Assembly (NCBI RefSeq): GCF_001194135.2
Contig: NC_068984.1
Span: forward strand, 56,963,708-57,027,707
DNA: 64,000 bases
Direction of reading: 5' to 3'
Source of the DNA: Octopus bimaculoides
Lineage: Eukaryota
Shown: one piece after another, positions 38,763-52,233 of the stretch
Layout of the letters: the number at the start of each line of letters is the position of its first letter
Numbering within the stretch: position 1 is the stretch's first letter
The notes under the pieces: model-generated
Told to the model about the DNA's origin: nothing
Seen by the model: the letters and a program-made list of their open reading frames with translations, nothing else
Databases searched by the model: none
Translations under genes and position numbers: made by a program

Positions 38763-40365
38763 AATTCTTATCTATAAACATCCAGGCCTGAAATAAAATG
38801 CAACTAAATTCAATGCTGGGGTTCTGCTAAGCATTTATTCTATGTTCTCATATACAATCCCCATTTTAATCCCCATTTACAAGATTGGTGAGTGAAAGTT
38901 ATCCTCAGAATTTTGGATTGGTCTAAATGCTTACATCAGAGTAAACTTTGTTTAAGGCACCTAAGGCCCAAGTGGTGATGTTAAACTGGGTGACAGATTA
39001 AGGCTGCCATCCAAGAACAAGAATAGTCCCTCTGATGAGATTCTACAGTTTCCACCTACAAAATTTTGTTTGCAATGCTTTGGTTAACCCAAGGTTATGG
39101 TAGAAAACACTTGCTCAAAATCCAAATAGTGGAATTAATTGAACCCATTACCACGTGTGGTACTGAAATATCGAAATCCATTTTGTCTGATGTGCTACCA
39201 ATTCAGCCATCTTATTTATGTACAGCATCATGAGTTAACGTCAATAATATCAGATGTTAGCTATCCAAGAAAAAACATTACAGACTGAGTAACCATGTTT
39301 GTGATACAAACTTAAACCCAGAGCCATGCCACTTCTGCCCAAACAAGAATTAGATTGACTTCTATTTAATCTGGATAATTTATCAACCATAAAAGGATAA
39401 AAAGCAAAGTGAAAATTGGCAGGATTTGGACTCAAAACATAAAGGAATTTAATCAAATATCAAAAGGTATTTTGTTTGATGCTCTACCAATTTGTCCATC
39501 CCATTTCTGTACAACATCAATAATATCAGATTATAGCTACCCAAGAAAATAATATTGTGAACTACTTACTTACTATAGCACCCATGTTTCAAACTATAAA
39601 CTAGTGATGTTAAGGTCTCTTGGTTTATCATGTATTTTTTATTATCTCCAGGTCAACCTTGATTAAACTGACTTACAATCAAAGATTTTCTAGTTGTAAC
39701 AATGCTGCTTTTCCCACCCCAGGGTAGGGAGCTAGATCATCTAATGTGTCCTCGCTTTCCCAAGACACTTGTAATGGAAATTTAGCTGATATTTCTAGCA
39801 AATTAAATGACCACATAAGGACTCTCTCATTGATTCATATATATGTGTGTATATCTATCGTTACACTCATACATGCACTCATATTTACATATTTATGCTT
39901 TCATGTATGTGAATCCCATATAATATACATACACACAAAGCTTACATCTTGGGTTAGTTCTTTAGGCTAGATAAAATGTTCAGCGATTAACTTTTAATTA
40001 GGTGAGATAGTTGTTGGGCTTACAATCCAGCTAGTTGGTGCATATATGGTTGCCATATGCCACCATATTAATTTAAGATGTAGACATGTTATGCATGTAT
40101 TCAAAATATGTTTGCTATTAGATATATAAAATGAAGTACCATAGTTACAGTTTGCTGTGAGGAATGAAAAATCCAACATTTCAGATATTTGTCCTGAGAT
40201 AAAAAAAAATATGTGTATTCAATAGCACAATTGAAGAACCATACTATTCACATACATTCATTTAATGTATCAGCACTAGAAGAATATCTTTATTGTTTTG
40301 TGAGAGTTTATTTTTCAGTATCCTTTTGAATATTAACTCTACAGGTGGACACTGGGAAAATGTTT

Positions 40366-40427
40366 AATCTAAAGGTGGACAATAATGCCAAAACTGAATC
40401 TAAAGGTGGACAATAATGCCAAAACTG
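40366..40427. repeat. Perfect 31-bp tandem duplication
   Basis: aatctaaaggtggacaataatgccaaaactg x2. Confidence 0.9.
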
Positions 40428-42993
40428 GTTGAGAACCCTTGCTCTATATGGTCTCTTGTTGACATGTTAGAAACAGCTGTCATATCATCTTAAAAAAGAA
40501 TGACATTTTGGATAATGTAGTTCTAGATATCTAAAGCGACGGACTGGGTAGAATGGCTTTGATTATAGTTCTTTTTGATCATGACTGATCTGGGGTTAAG
40601 CAACAAGTTCCATCCACTACATTATGCAGATACCCTACCACTTTCTCTCTCTTACACACACTAACACTTTACTGTATTCATTTATGATCTTATTCCTGCT
40701 CATAAATTACATCATAAATTCATTTAAATGATAATTTATGCTTCTTTTCATGAAAGTAGTTTTTTTCACCATGTTTCTTCTTTCTCATATAGTATTGTTC
40801 TAACATTGATTTTTATTGGCAATCACTTTTTCTTCGTGATTATTCCAGTTATCATTTTAAACTTCTTTCCTTATTCATCCATTCCTTGTTTATTGATTTA
40901 TATTGTTCAGCTCACTGATTCATAATGTATTATGTAGACTTTGTTCCAGAATCCATAGCTCTATCATTCTCCTTGTCAAGAGAAACAGTTGTTTCACAAG
41001 GAAAACTTGTTAATTTCTGGAGGTGTTAATTTTTTTTTTTTTTAATGATGTGAAAATGCTAACAAATTCATCAATGATTGCATAAACTTATGCTTATTTG
41101 CTTATCCCTTCTCACTTATGTGTTTATATCTGTTTGAAATATGATATAGCATGACCAGTTATCAGGTAACACCATGAGTTAATTTTATTGTGTAGAACAT
41201 CTTTGGCCAGTTGTCATAATTGTTCGAAGAATTTTCATAAATTTTCCAATTAGTATTTGTTGTATAGCCTTGCAACAATGATCATCTAATCTAGGAGTTA
41301 CCTACATTCCTTAATGAGTGTGCTTACTCTTCTACCAGAAAGTAGGTTGTGATTTGTGAGTAATTTGAGTGCTATTTTTAGCAGGTTGAGTAACAATGTA
41401 GCTTAAGTTGGTTAAAAATGTTAACACTCCATTTTCAAAATCTGTTTCATATTTCTACTGGATAAAACAACAACAAAAAACATACAACATCTTTTACTAT
41501 AGCCTTGGGCCAACCAAAGCCTTGTGAGTTGATCTGGTAGACGGAAACTGAAAGAAGCTCATGAGATATGTGTGTGTGTGTGTTGAGTTTTTATTGACCC
41601 TTTTTACAAGAGAACATAGGATGAAATGAGTGGCCTTTTTGTATACCTAAGACTGCATTGTCCAATGTATCCTTCACTTTTAAATCAGTAGGGTGTCATT
41701 TTTAGGGAGATTTGGCTGCTATTTCTACCAAGGTGAGGACTGCATTCTGGCACACTCATTGAATCATGGGTGGATGTTATTGTGATTATTGTTCAGTTTG
41801 AATTGTTGCAGGAAGAAATGGATTAGCCTTATCCATATCCAGCCAAAACAGTTTACTTGTTTAATGTTCAAACTGGCCAGATTTGGCCTCTTACACCTAC
41901 CCAACAATGTCATTCTAAAAATATCCAGTTTTATCATCGAAACCTCAAAACTGTAAGACAATGTGTGATTAATTAAAAACAATGTGAATAAATAAGCATT
42001 ACATTTGACAAAGTATGAATACTAAAGGGCTAAAGTTTAGAGCAAGAAGGATTATACTATGTTTAGTAAAAGATTTCGATACCTAATAGATAAGAGGAGA
42101 TACTGTAAAGTAATAAGAAGAGGGATAGAGGTATAAATCAAAAAGATTCAGATGAGGAGAGCATGGACACTGAACATTTAGAAAATCCTGAGCCATTGTA
42201 TCTAACTTAATACAGTTCAAATTCATTTAATTTTATCCACTTTAACTGTAGCAAGCATCTTGAATAGACTAAAGGCGAAGTCTTTTTTTTTTTTTTGTAG
42301 ACTAGAGAGGTAGATAATTAACATAAAATTTGACATACATCTATTATACACTCAGTTGGTTGAATTCTCATGTTAAGGCTTGGTATTTAATACAAAAGAA
42401 AATATATTTGGGTAGTCATTAAAAAATTTTATTTTCAGTAATTGTTGAAATATTCAACTTGTGTTGGACTATGACAAGTGCATGTTCTCTCATATAAGGA
42501 AGAGAAACTGTTTTATGCATAAATGAAAATTTAGATATAGTTTTTATTTTTTATAAAGCAAAACAAAAAAAAAGTTAAATAAATAAATGCATGAATGACC
42601 TTTGTTTTAAATATTCAGTTAGATCTTATAATTATACTGGGAGTGGAACTTGTTCACTCCTGTCACTGTTTTTAATGTTTTATTTGATCAAAGACACATG
42701 TTAATTAGCTTTATATATGATTATGATCATGATGCGGTTATTAATCTATAAATTTACCATATAATTGCCATATCACTATATGGAGATAATGTTGTCAGTG
42801 AACCTTGCAGATCTAAAGCTAAATGGTTTACTATCTGGTTTAGCTTTATACTCCTAAAGCAAGTGTAATGATTGTAATACCTTAGAGTAATGATTGTAGT
42901 ACCTTAGAGCAAGTGTAATGATTGGAGAGCAAGTGTATAGGGTTAGTCAGTTTTATGAATTGTAGTTTTTGTATTTGTAAGATTTTTGATGTG

Positions 42994-43310
42994 AATTCAT
43001 GTGTTGAAACAAATTTTGTTGCATCTTGGGAGAATTGTTACACCAATAATAATACACACACTGGTTCAATATCACTTCTTTATTGTCAGTCAGTTGGTTA
43101 AATATCTAACCAGTTAACTAATCAATTGTTTGTTTATTGTGCTAGACTGAGAGAGGAAGTCACTAAGTCACTGAAAAGGTTGTGGACAGTGATGAAAGAA
43201 CCTTGGCTGATAAACGACCGATTGATTGTTTAACCAGCATGTTAAACAAACAATCAATTAGTTAGATATCATTATTGACATAATGATCCTCCCAAGACAC
43301 AACATGAATT
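42994..43310. mobile_element. Old MITE-like element with imperfect long inverted ends
   Basis: aattcatgt / acatgaatt, tcttgggag / ctcccaaga and aactaatcaattgtttgttta / taaacaaacaatcaattagtt pair across the element. Confidence 0.5.
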
Positions 43311-43849
43311 GTAGTTGTTTAGAAGTAGAAAGTTATTTGGCAGGATGGAGGAAAATAGCTGCTTGCTTTCGTGAATGAAGGCCTGCCTGTTCTAGGCCTT
43401 TTCTAAATGTTATCTTGGATTATGTTGGTTTAGAGAGGGAAAATGTATCTTTTATATACAAATACTAATTTAAACAAAAACAAACTTAAACAAAAAAGAA
43501 AGACATGATAAATAAACATGCAGAAACAAAATCAAAAACAAAATAAAATTACTTTCAGTTCATTATATTATTTTCTTCTTGAAACTTCCTATAGAACATC
43601 CCTTGCCAACATATGTTTTATATCTATGGAAGGTAGAGGAAGTTAGATTAATTTAGTAACTTTTAAGTAACTAAGAAATTCCAGTTTGCTTAGAAATAAT
43701 TTGTTTACATCTGAGGTGTAAAAATATGAGCACCAACATCATTGGTCCTTTAGAATATGACAGCATTGAGTTTTGATTTTAGAAACAAGAAATATGCTTG
43801 CACAAGATTACTAATTTAGGTTTATCATAATTAAAAAGTAACTATTTCT

Positions 43850-44501
43850 TGTCTTCTCTAAAAGAATCTCAAATGGCTTCTTGTGAAATATTTTGTTCCT
43901 TTTTCATTTAAAGAAAGAGTATAATAATCAGCCCAGTAATGTAACTTTTGGAGATCTCTTCAAAGCCATGATCCATACTGAAACACAGCTAGAAAGTAAA
44001 TCTCCAAAAGTTTCAGCTAATTTAACTCTGTATTATTCTTCAATTTGCTAGAAATTGTGGTCAGATCTACCTCAAGTCATACTCGGCAGTCCCCAAGAAA
44101 GAACTTGTGTATTCTTGGATACTATAATTGTTTCCAACGCTACTTGATATAAAGGAGCTTGTCCATGATCTTGCCAAGGTTGTCTATTCAGTATTTTTGT
44201 TTAAGCCTCTGTCCAATCATACTCTCCTCTTTCTCTTGGTATTCTTCTCAGCCAAGCAAGTGTAGGTTTTCTTTTTTTTGGTTTTGTGGTCTATCCATGC
44301 TACTGTTTGATGATGCATTTGCCAGTCAGGACCAAAGCACATAGCCCAACCTTTGCCATCAATTCTTCATTACTTCTCTAGCCATACATGTTATTTTTTT
44401 TTTCTGTCTTGAATCATTTCATTTTCCAGAAATTCATGCCATCTGATCTCCAAGATTCCATGTTATGCTTTATTTTCAAAGAAGTTCTGGATACATTATA
44501 C
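43850..44501 (-). pseudogene. Interrupted Trp-rich reading frame; protein unidentified
   Basis: Acceptor tattttgtctttgtccaag| at 44502. The best path includes RIDGKGWAMCFGPDWQMHHQTVAWIDHKTKKRKPTLAWLRRIPRERGEYDWTEA*TKILNRQPWQDHGQAPLYQVALETIIVSKNT and LLEIYFLAVFQYGSWL*RDLQKLHYWADYYTLSL. The 3' boundary is approximate. Confidence 0.4.
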
Positions 44502-45027
44502 CTTGGACAAAGACAAAATAATCATGTTTAAACTTCTTTCATCCTACACCTATTCAATTAGGGCTAACCTGTAGATAAGCAACAACTAATTAGAATTGCT
44601 CATTATCATATCAATATTTAAAAGATTATGAAAATGATTACAGACCTTTAAGAGTTAGAATTTAATTCTCATGTTCTTTGTTGGACTACAGTTGCTTTAT
44701 TTTCTTTTTGTCTCAAAATGGTTGAATGTACATAAATAGAAAACATTTTTCTTCTGTAAACTTTACTATGGGCTCAGATTAGATAAAACACAGTTCTAGA
44801 AACATGTTTTATTTTTTAAGCTGGAGACTCCACTTAGTATTACATTTTTGTTGTTTAGGTCTAGAGTAAACTGATTGACCAGGACTATTTCAGCTGTGAC
44901 TTTGTCGTCTTCTTTTAAGCATAGTGCACCCAAGTGGATGCAATAGGAGGAAGATGTGGCTACTATTTCTAGCAGGGCAAAAGACTGCATAGAAACACCC
45001 CTGTTTTCTTGCAATAAGTACTTACTG

Positions 45028-45530
45028 CAGAGTGTTAGGGCTAAATTTGACAGTTTGCATAAAAGGAAAACACAATATGCCATTCAAAAATAAAAGTATT
45101 TTAAAAAATCCAAAAATATCAACTAGATATTGGTTGGGAGATAAAAAAGTTTACTCAAAATAGCCACTCTCAGCTTCATCATGGCCTCAAGATGGCTCTG
45201 GAATTTGATGCATGAATTCCTCATTGTGTCTCTGGGAAGATCTTTGAAAACCTCCTTGATCTTGGCCAGCCTGCCTTGATGCTGCAAGCAGAGTGATTGG
45301 TGCCTTTGTCCACCAATCCACTCACATAGTAATCCATGGGATTACAATTGAGAGAATTAGAAGACCAGGAATTGGGTTTGATGAAGTATTTAACAACTAC
45401 TTCTGACAATTCTCTGACAACCACTTCTGACACTTCTTGGGGATATGGTAAGGAGTTGAACCCTGTTGCCACTCATATGGCCTTCCAGCAGCAACCCTCT
45501 CCAGCCAGAGTTTGACCACATTATTTATAA
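45028..45530 (-). mobile_element. Tc1/mariner-type relic, same family as 61727-62584
   Basis: SWSSNSLNCNPMDYYVSGLVDKGTN corresponds to the WPPNSPDLNPMDYYVWG..E..TN motif; the terminal region aligns with 61727-61890. Confidence 0.8.
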
Positions 45531-46519
45531 ATCTTTTCATGTGCTATCCAAAATTTACTATTCTTTAGTAAAAAATACTTCCTTAATTGTTTAAATATGC
45601 CAGCCCTCAGGCTTCATTGAGAAGTTCACCAAAAATGAATGAGCGGTATTATTTTTTATTCTTTAATGTTACGCCCCTGTTATTTAATTCATATCAGTTA
45701 TGTTTACCCTCCATCATCTATCCAGTGTGGAACTCATTAGAAACAAAACCAACAGGAATGATAGATTATGATTCTTTAATGAAGAATCCCTGTTTTGAGT
45801 AGAGGCAAACTACATTACCCTTCAAATATACATTACTACATATGCTGTTTGAAACCAGAAACACTTATATTGCTTAGTTATTTATAAATTTAGCGAACAT
45901 TATAGTCAAGTATGCTGTTATATCCATTAGATGAATGTTTGACTTTAGTTTTAAATATGCCCATTTGTTTAAGAATTGTTACTGTGTTTTTATTGCATTT
46001 TTATTTTGCTTTTTTCTGTTTCTAATAGCATATGTAGCCCTTGACATTATGTCAGTTTATTGATATAACTGAGATAATGCGAAGAAAATGTTTAACTAAT
46101 GAATAGGGAAAAAAGACTTCCGGTGAAGATAAACCTTGATGTATTCTACTGATATGATTCAAATTCAATTGAGCATGAGAAAATGCTCAATTAATATTTG
46201 GAGACAACTAAAAATGAACTTCAGTTTAAATACTTTTTTACTTTAGCATACTGTTATTCTGAGTTCAAAATCTGCCATTGTTTTCCTTCAATCTATAGAT
46301 CAGTAAAACATGTACTATTAATATATTGATATCAATTCATCATTTCATACAAAGAATTAACTTTGTATCTTGAGAAAAACAATTTATTTTGAAATTAGTC
46401 AATAACTTATTTGGTCAAGTAAAAACTACATATATAACAGAAATTTAATGTTGCTGACCATTTAACATAACAAGACTACTACCACTGACAACCACACCAC
46501 AAGTCCTAATTGGGAAAGT

Positions 46520-46700
46520 CTTTATATGATCACTTGACCTGCAAGAAACAACAACCAAATCTACCTAAAATCACACCTTATACTCTTAAATAAGGAAAAT
46601 ACAATGTGGTCTACATAATATTAGGAAGGCCATGGTTAGAATGCTTTTGAGTATTTGTCTGCTTGAATAGGGTTGACTTATGTCTAAACATTAAGAGTTA
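46520..46700 (+). repeat. Abundant dispersed repeat (gatcacttgacctgctagaaa..gcagccaaatct...); representative copy
   Basis: Related copies at about 22230, 25720, 31640, 31980, 39600, 40440, 41620, 47150, 48330, 52960, 56880, 59270, 61160 and 62920, on both strands. Confidence 0.7.
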
Positions 46701-47453
46701 CAACATTTCCCATTTAAAAGTGTTTTGTGCTTTTCATAGACATTGCCGAAACATCATTTCCCAAAAATGATACCGATAGAAGTAAAATCCAAGATATTTT
46801 ATTACAAGAGTCTGTAACTAGAATAATTCTACCATTGTATCTGAAAATGCTTTGTGTCAATGTGTTAAGATACTTGTAGTGTTTTTACAAAAGGAATACA
46901 GATCCAATTCAATTATATCCACATTAGCTTTTCTGTTTCTTCCCTCTCTCTTTGTCTTTCTACCTGTCCTTCTTTCCTTTCTTTTGCCTCTTCTTTGAAT
47001 AAGAGTATGCTATTCAATCTCATTTTTATGATCAATTTAATACATCTGTTAATTTATGGAACAGGCTGTTACAATGTCATGAGAAAAAAAAAAAAAAAAA
47101 GCATTGATCTTCCAGTTATAAACCACAAAACTAATGTCTAGTCATGCACTCACTTGACTTATTAGCAACAGCAACCAAATCTCCCTCCAATCACTCTCTA
47201 CCATCTTCAGTAAAAAAAAGTATACATTGGACAATGTGATTTCTGATGTCTAAAAAGTTAAAATGGCTGTAGCTGGAATGCCTCTGACCATGGATCTGCT
47301 CCATTATGGCTAACCCAAAGGTTACAGAACAACAACAGAATTGCTGTGTTCGTTTTCTATTAAGGCTTTTTTTTGCTCTCACAAAATTGTTTTCATTCTG
47401 AAGGCTGCTGTAATTTAGGTAAGAGACAAGCATGTCTCAGTATCAGATGGTGT

Positions 47454-47679
47454 TTAATCCTTTAGCATTCAGAGTACTGTCTAATGTAATGCTTATTTAT
47501 TCACATTGTTTTGAATTAATCATGCATTATCTTGTAACTTCAAGATTTCAATGATTTGATCGTATGTTTTTAGAATGACAGTGTAGGGTAGGTGTGAGAG
47601 GCCAGATCCAGTCAGTTTGAATATAAAATGGGTAGAATATTTGTGCCAGAGATGGCCAGTTTAAATGCTAAAGGGTTAA
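47454..47679 (+). mobile_element. TTAA-flanked MITE
   Basis: ttaa|tcctttagcatt ... aatgctaaaggg|ttaa. Confidence 0.8.
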
Positions 47680-47944
47680 ACCTATGATTCTTCAACTGAT
47701 ACCTTATTTGCTAAACCTAAAGTTGATACCTTATCTGCTAGACAAGTGTTTCTCAAAATGGATTAGAGCAACCTTAAGGTTAATGTTACATTCTGAAATC
47801 CAAACTATGTCTTAATACTGCCTCTTGTTGACAGTTTGGTTCTCTTTAAGCATAAAAAAATCTCATTAAAAATTGGAAGTCCAGGATATTCAATGAAGTG
47901 TTATTTGGAAAACAAAATAGCAGTTTAAAATAACAGATCCTTTA

Positions 47945-48286
47945 TCTTTTAACTTTTACTTATTTCAGTCTTAAGACTGAGGCCATGCTGGGGCACCATC
48001 TTGAAGGATTTTAGTCAAACAAATCGACCTCAGTACTATTTTTTTTTTTATAAACCTGATACTAATTCTGTTGGTCTTTTTTGCTGAACCACAAAGTTAC
48101 AGGGACATAAACACACCAACATCAGTTGTCAGGCGGTGATGAGGACAAACATAAACACAAAGACATTGCTCACAAGGCTTTAGTTGACCTAAGGCTATAG
48201 TAGAAGACACTTGCCCAAAGTGCCATACAGTGGATCTGAACCCGGAACCATATGGTTGAGAAGCAAACTTCTTACCCACTGCACCT
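47945..48286 (-). mobile_element. SINE family 1, diverged
   Basis: Colinear with 23360-23757. Confidence 0.8.
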
Positions 48287-49584
48287 GTATAAATATCTTT
48301 AATCTACTGGAGGATCTTCTAATTAATCATTCAATCTGCAAAAATAGCAACCAAATTACATCTTGCCATCTTTAAAAAAGGGTGTATACTGAAATGTCAT
48401 CCTAAATATCTGTATGTGAAAAACAAGATTGACTACATTTTGATCATAGGTCTACTTGATCAAAGTTGACCTGGGGCTAAACAGCATCAACAACAACTGG
48501 AGGTAAATTTCCTGTTGATGCCAAAATATCAGGGCCCCTTGGTTAATTGATCTCATTGAGGTATATATAGGCATGTGTGTTTGTACTCATGTCCCTACAT
48601 GCTCATACACGTGCCTCTGTATGTGTGTGTGTACACACATAACTTACATATAGGTGCTTGTGTACACACACAGAAAGAGAGGTTGTATATTGGAAAATAT
48701 TTATGCTTGCTAGTTTTGCCTGATCATTCATTCTCTGGCAATTTTTATCTAAACACCTCAAGGAAAAGCTGCACATTTTCCCAAAAGACTCCCTCTAGGT
48801 TAGTCATGCATATATATGTCTATTAAGTTATAAGATGTACACATCTTCACATTTATACATAGACTAACACACATACACACAATACGTTTTAATTTAGATT
48901 GAATCTACTAATCTTCTCTCTTGCTCTTTTTCCTTCTATTTTCTTTTCCTTTCTTTCCTTTTTACACTCTCCTCCTTTTATGTTTGTTTTCACTCATTTT
49001 CATATTATCCATCTTTGTCTTTCCCTTTCTTCATCACTCACACTCCTCTTCAATTGAATCGGGAAACAAGAGCATTTTGCTACTACTCTCTTTAGAACTT
49101 CCATCAGTTGCCATATTACATAAAAAATAACCATTGAGTTACTTTATAGTACTAGGTTTAGAATGCATTATATATTAAAACATTTCTCTATTTGCAATGA
49201 TGAAAAAGCTAGTGTGAATGCAGACACCTAACCTTGTCTTATTCTGGTTATATTCATTCTATCATAATCACACCCCTGTTGATAGGTTCAAATATTTCCC
49301 TAGCCACCACTATCCATCTAATTTTGACAATGGACCACCAAACATAGTGTTTGCCATCACTCTCACCTTCTGCTTCTGAAATAGATGACTCTCTCTCTCT
49401 CTCATACACACAGATACATACCACTGTGTGTTATGCATTGTCTACAAGGATTGAATTATAGTTGTTTTATAAAATATCCCATTGTTTTCACTATATGTTA
49501 GATAGGATTTATTCATTTCTTCTTATTTACCTTTTTTTATTTATATTTTCTCTGAGAAAATTTGGATGAAGGATACGTATCTAT

Positions 49585-49780
49585 TGGTCTCAAATTTTGG
49601 CACAAGGCCAGCACTTTCGAGGGAGAGAGTAAGTTGATAACATTGACCCCAATGTTCAGCTGGTACTTATTCTATAGAACCTAAGAGGATGAAAGGCAAA
49701 GTTGACCTTGACAGAATATGAACTCAGAACATAAAGACAGTTAGAACATTTTGCTTGGTGTGCTAACGATTCACCTTAGA
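49585..49780 (-). mobile_element. SINE family 2
   Basis: aaattttggcacaaggcc...ctggtactta...gaaaggcaaagttgacc; another copy at 56430-56645. Confidence 0.7.
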
Positions 49781-50600
49781 ATACATATATTTTGAAAATT
49801 AATGAACATGAACTTGGTAATCCAAGTTTTAATTTATCTCACTTGCTTGCTTATCTCAGTAGTGTGGGGTCCAGATAAAACCTCCTTAGGCAAAATCCCC
49901 TAAGTTAAAGTGTGAAAGTGGACAAAACCCCCTCAGTTACATTTTTGGCAAAGGTGTACAATAAGCACCCACCCCCTTTTCGTTTTTGTTTTTTAATACA
50001 GTTTCCAATGTTCCAATATTTTTGGCAACAAAGATTCCATTTTTTGTCAAGAAAATTAGCATTTCAAAATTTAAATTCCTCATCCCCCTGGTTTTGTCCT
50101 GTGGGGTTTTGTTTCATACTCGAGTGGTCTTAAAGTAACCCCAACATGAGCAATCACTTCACTATCAAATTAGTATCTGTTGCTTTTTATCTACTAGAAA
50201 TCTTTACTTTTTGATTTTGACTTTTTTAACCATTCCTTAGTCTTGATAACACCAAGTGAAATATTTTTTTTAAAGTAGATTAAAACTATTTATACATTCA
50301 TTGTCATTTTAAACTGTTATCTTTTGCTTACCATATAATTAGCTCAACTTAGCCGTTTTTAGACCATCTGTACATTGCAGATAAAATTTTTGCTGAAAAG
50401 GCCATTTCTGAGAATCTGTTGTACAAACATGAATTTCGTATTTAATTTCTTTATGAAGTAAAAAACCTGTAAACTGTGATAACTAATGTATTTTTTAGTC
50501 AATCTACATACCAAGTTTTCAAATTATGGCTTTAACACCCCCTCTCTCTCTCTCTTGTGCACACACACACACACACAAAAGAAAATAGTATCTTAGGCTT

Positions 50601-50972
50601 AAGCACGGCTGTGTGGTAAGAAGTTTGCTTCTTAGCCACATGGTTTTGGGGTTCAGTAGATGCCATCTTGGGACAATGTCATCTACTATAGCCCTGGGCT
50701 GAGTGTATTTGGTAGATGGAAACTAAAAGAAACCCATCACATATATTATGTAAAATATGTGTATATGTGTGTCTTTGCTTGTGTCTGTCCCCACCACTGC
50801 TTAACAAGTGTCAGTTTATTTATGTTAATACAACTTAGTGGCTCAGTAAAAGAGAATGATAGAATAAATACCAGACTTTAAAAATGTAAGTACTAGGGTT
50901 GAATTGTTCAGTTACTTCAAGGTAGTGCCCCAGCATGGCTGCAGTCCAATGAATGAAGCTAGAAGGATAAAA
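50601..50972 (+). mobile_element. SINE family 1 subtype, diverged
   Basis: ggctgtgtggtaagaagtttgctt...gtgccccagcatggctgcagtc. Confidence 0.75.
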
Positions 50973-51759
50973 ATCAAAAACAAAAGAAAGACAAAAATTG
51001 CATTTTATGATAGGCATTTGCTATATTTTCAAAGAACTATAAATCATATTAACTCTACAATCTAGTATGCACAATATTTTTTACTAATTAAAATTTGTTA
51101 TTAAAATCTTTTAAATTGTACAAGTTTGTATTTTCATTCATTCCCTTCTTACTCAACTGTATACATGCCACCATACCATGTATATGTGTGTGTGTGTGCA
51201 TTAGTTTGAATTTTCTGGTGTGTTATAAGATACACAATAAATTCAATCCAGATATTGAATTGTATTTCAATTTGTCACTAAAGCTTTGTAAATATATATA
51301 CTTACAAAACCAACTCTATTACCACACACACACACACACACACACTAATATTATAGGCTATGTCTCCTCTCTTTCTTTCCCCCTTCCCAATGCGCACATC
51401 TAAGGCAATTAGCTATTATAATGCTTGCATTATTTCTGTATTCCAATAAAACACCGACAGATCATTTAGCTGAAATGTACATTAAAAGTTCAACTGTTTG
51501 TGTGTATGTATATTTCTATGTATGTGTGTTTGAGTGTATGTGTGTTTTCCTTCTCTGTTAGGATAGGAACTTCTGCCTACCAAATTCAATCACAAGGCTT
51601 TGGTCAGCCCAGAGCTATAGCAGAAGATACTTGTCCAAGGTGCCATGTAGTGAGACTGAACCTGAAACTATGTGGTTTAGAAGCAAGCTTCCCAGCCAAG
51701 CAGCCAATAGAAATATAGATATATGAAATACCATACAACATAAATTTTTGATTTATTAA

Positions 51760-52233
51760 AATCATCTCCGCTGTTAGAGAATGTATCATAATTACCAAAT
51801 GGCAATTAAGACCATCTCCAGCTGAGAAGGAGAGATGATTATTAGCCACTGTGCCAACAACCACCTTGAGTACCTTTTCAAGTTCCATGTGTCTAACGTG
51901 TGTGGGTTTACCTACAAAGTCAGAAAACAGCATGGCTACCATGACTCTCAGAAACATTTTTCACACTTAGAGTTGCTGAAGCATAGAACAAACTACCTGC
52001 ATCAGTTGTTAGTTGCCGAGACATTGCATCCTTTAAAACATCCATGCTTTTTGAAATTCGCCAACACTACACCTGATATTCCCCGCTCCATTACCATTCA
52101 CATATGTATATCATGACTCATACACTGTTTACTTTCCTGACTTTTGTACATAATTCTATGTATTGTACATGCACCTTTGATGAGTTGTAGTGCACCTGAG
52201 CACTATACACACTAATTTCATTATTATTATTAT
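51760..52233 (+). mobile_element. CR1/L2-group LINE 3' end with (TTA)n tail
   Basis: Frameshifted ...EYLFKFHVSNVCGFTYKVRKQHGYHDSQKHF / FTLRVAEA*NKLPASVVSCRDIASFKTSM corresponds to the RGH..K....FF..RV...WN.LP..VV.....FK ORF2 terminus. Confidence 0.75.

Noticed and set aside
49880-50550. Possible old DNA-transposon remnant
   Set aside because: No TIR pair, TSD or coding motif could be established.
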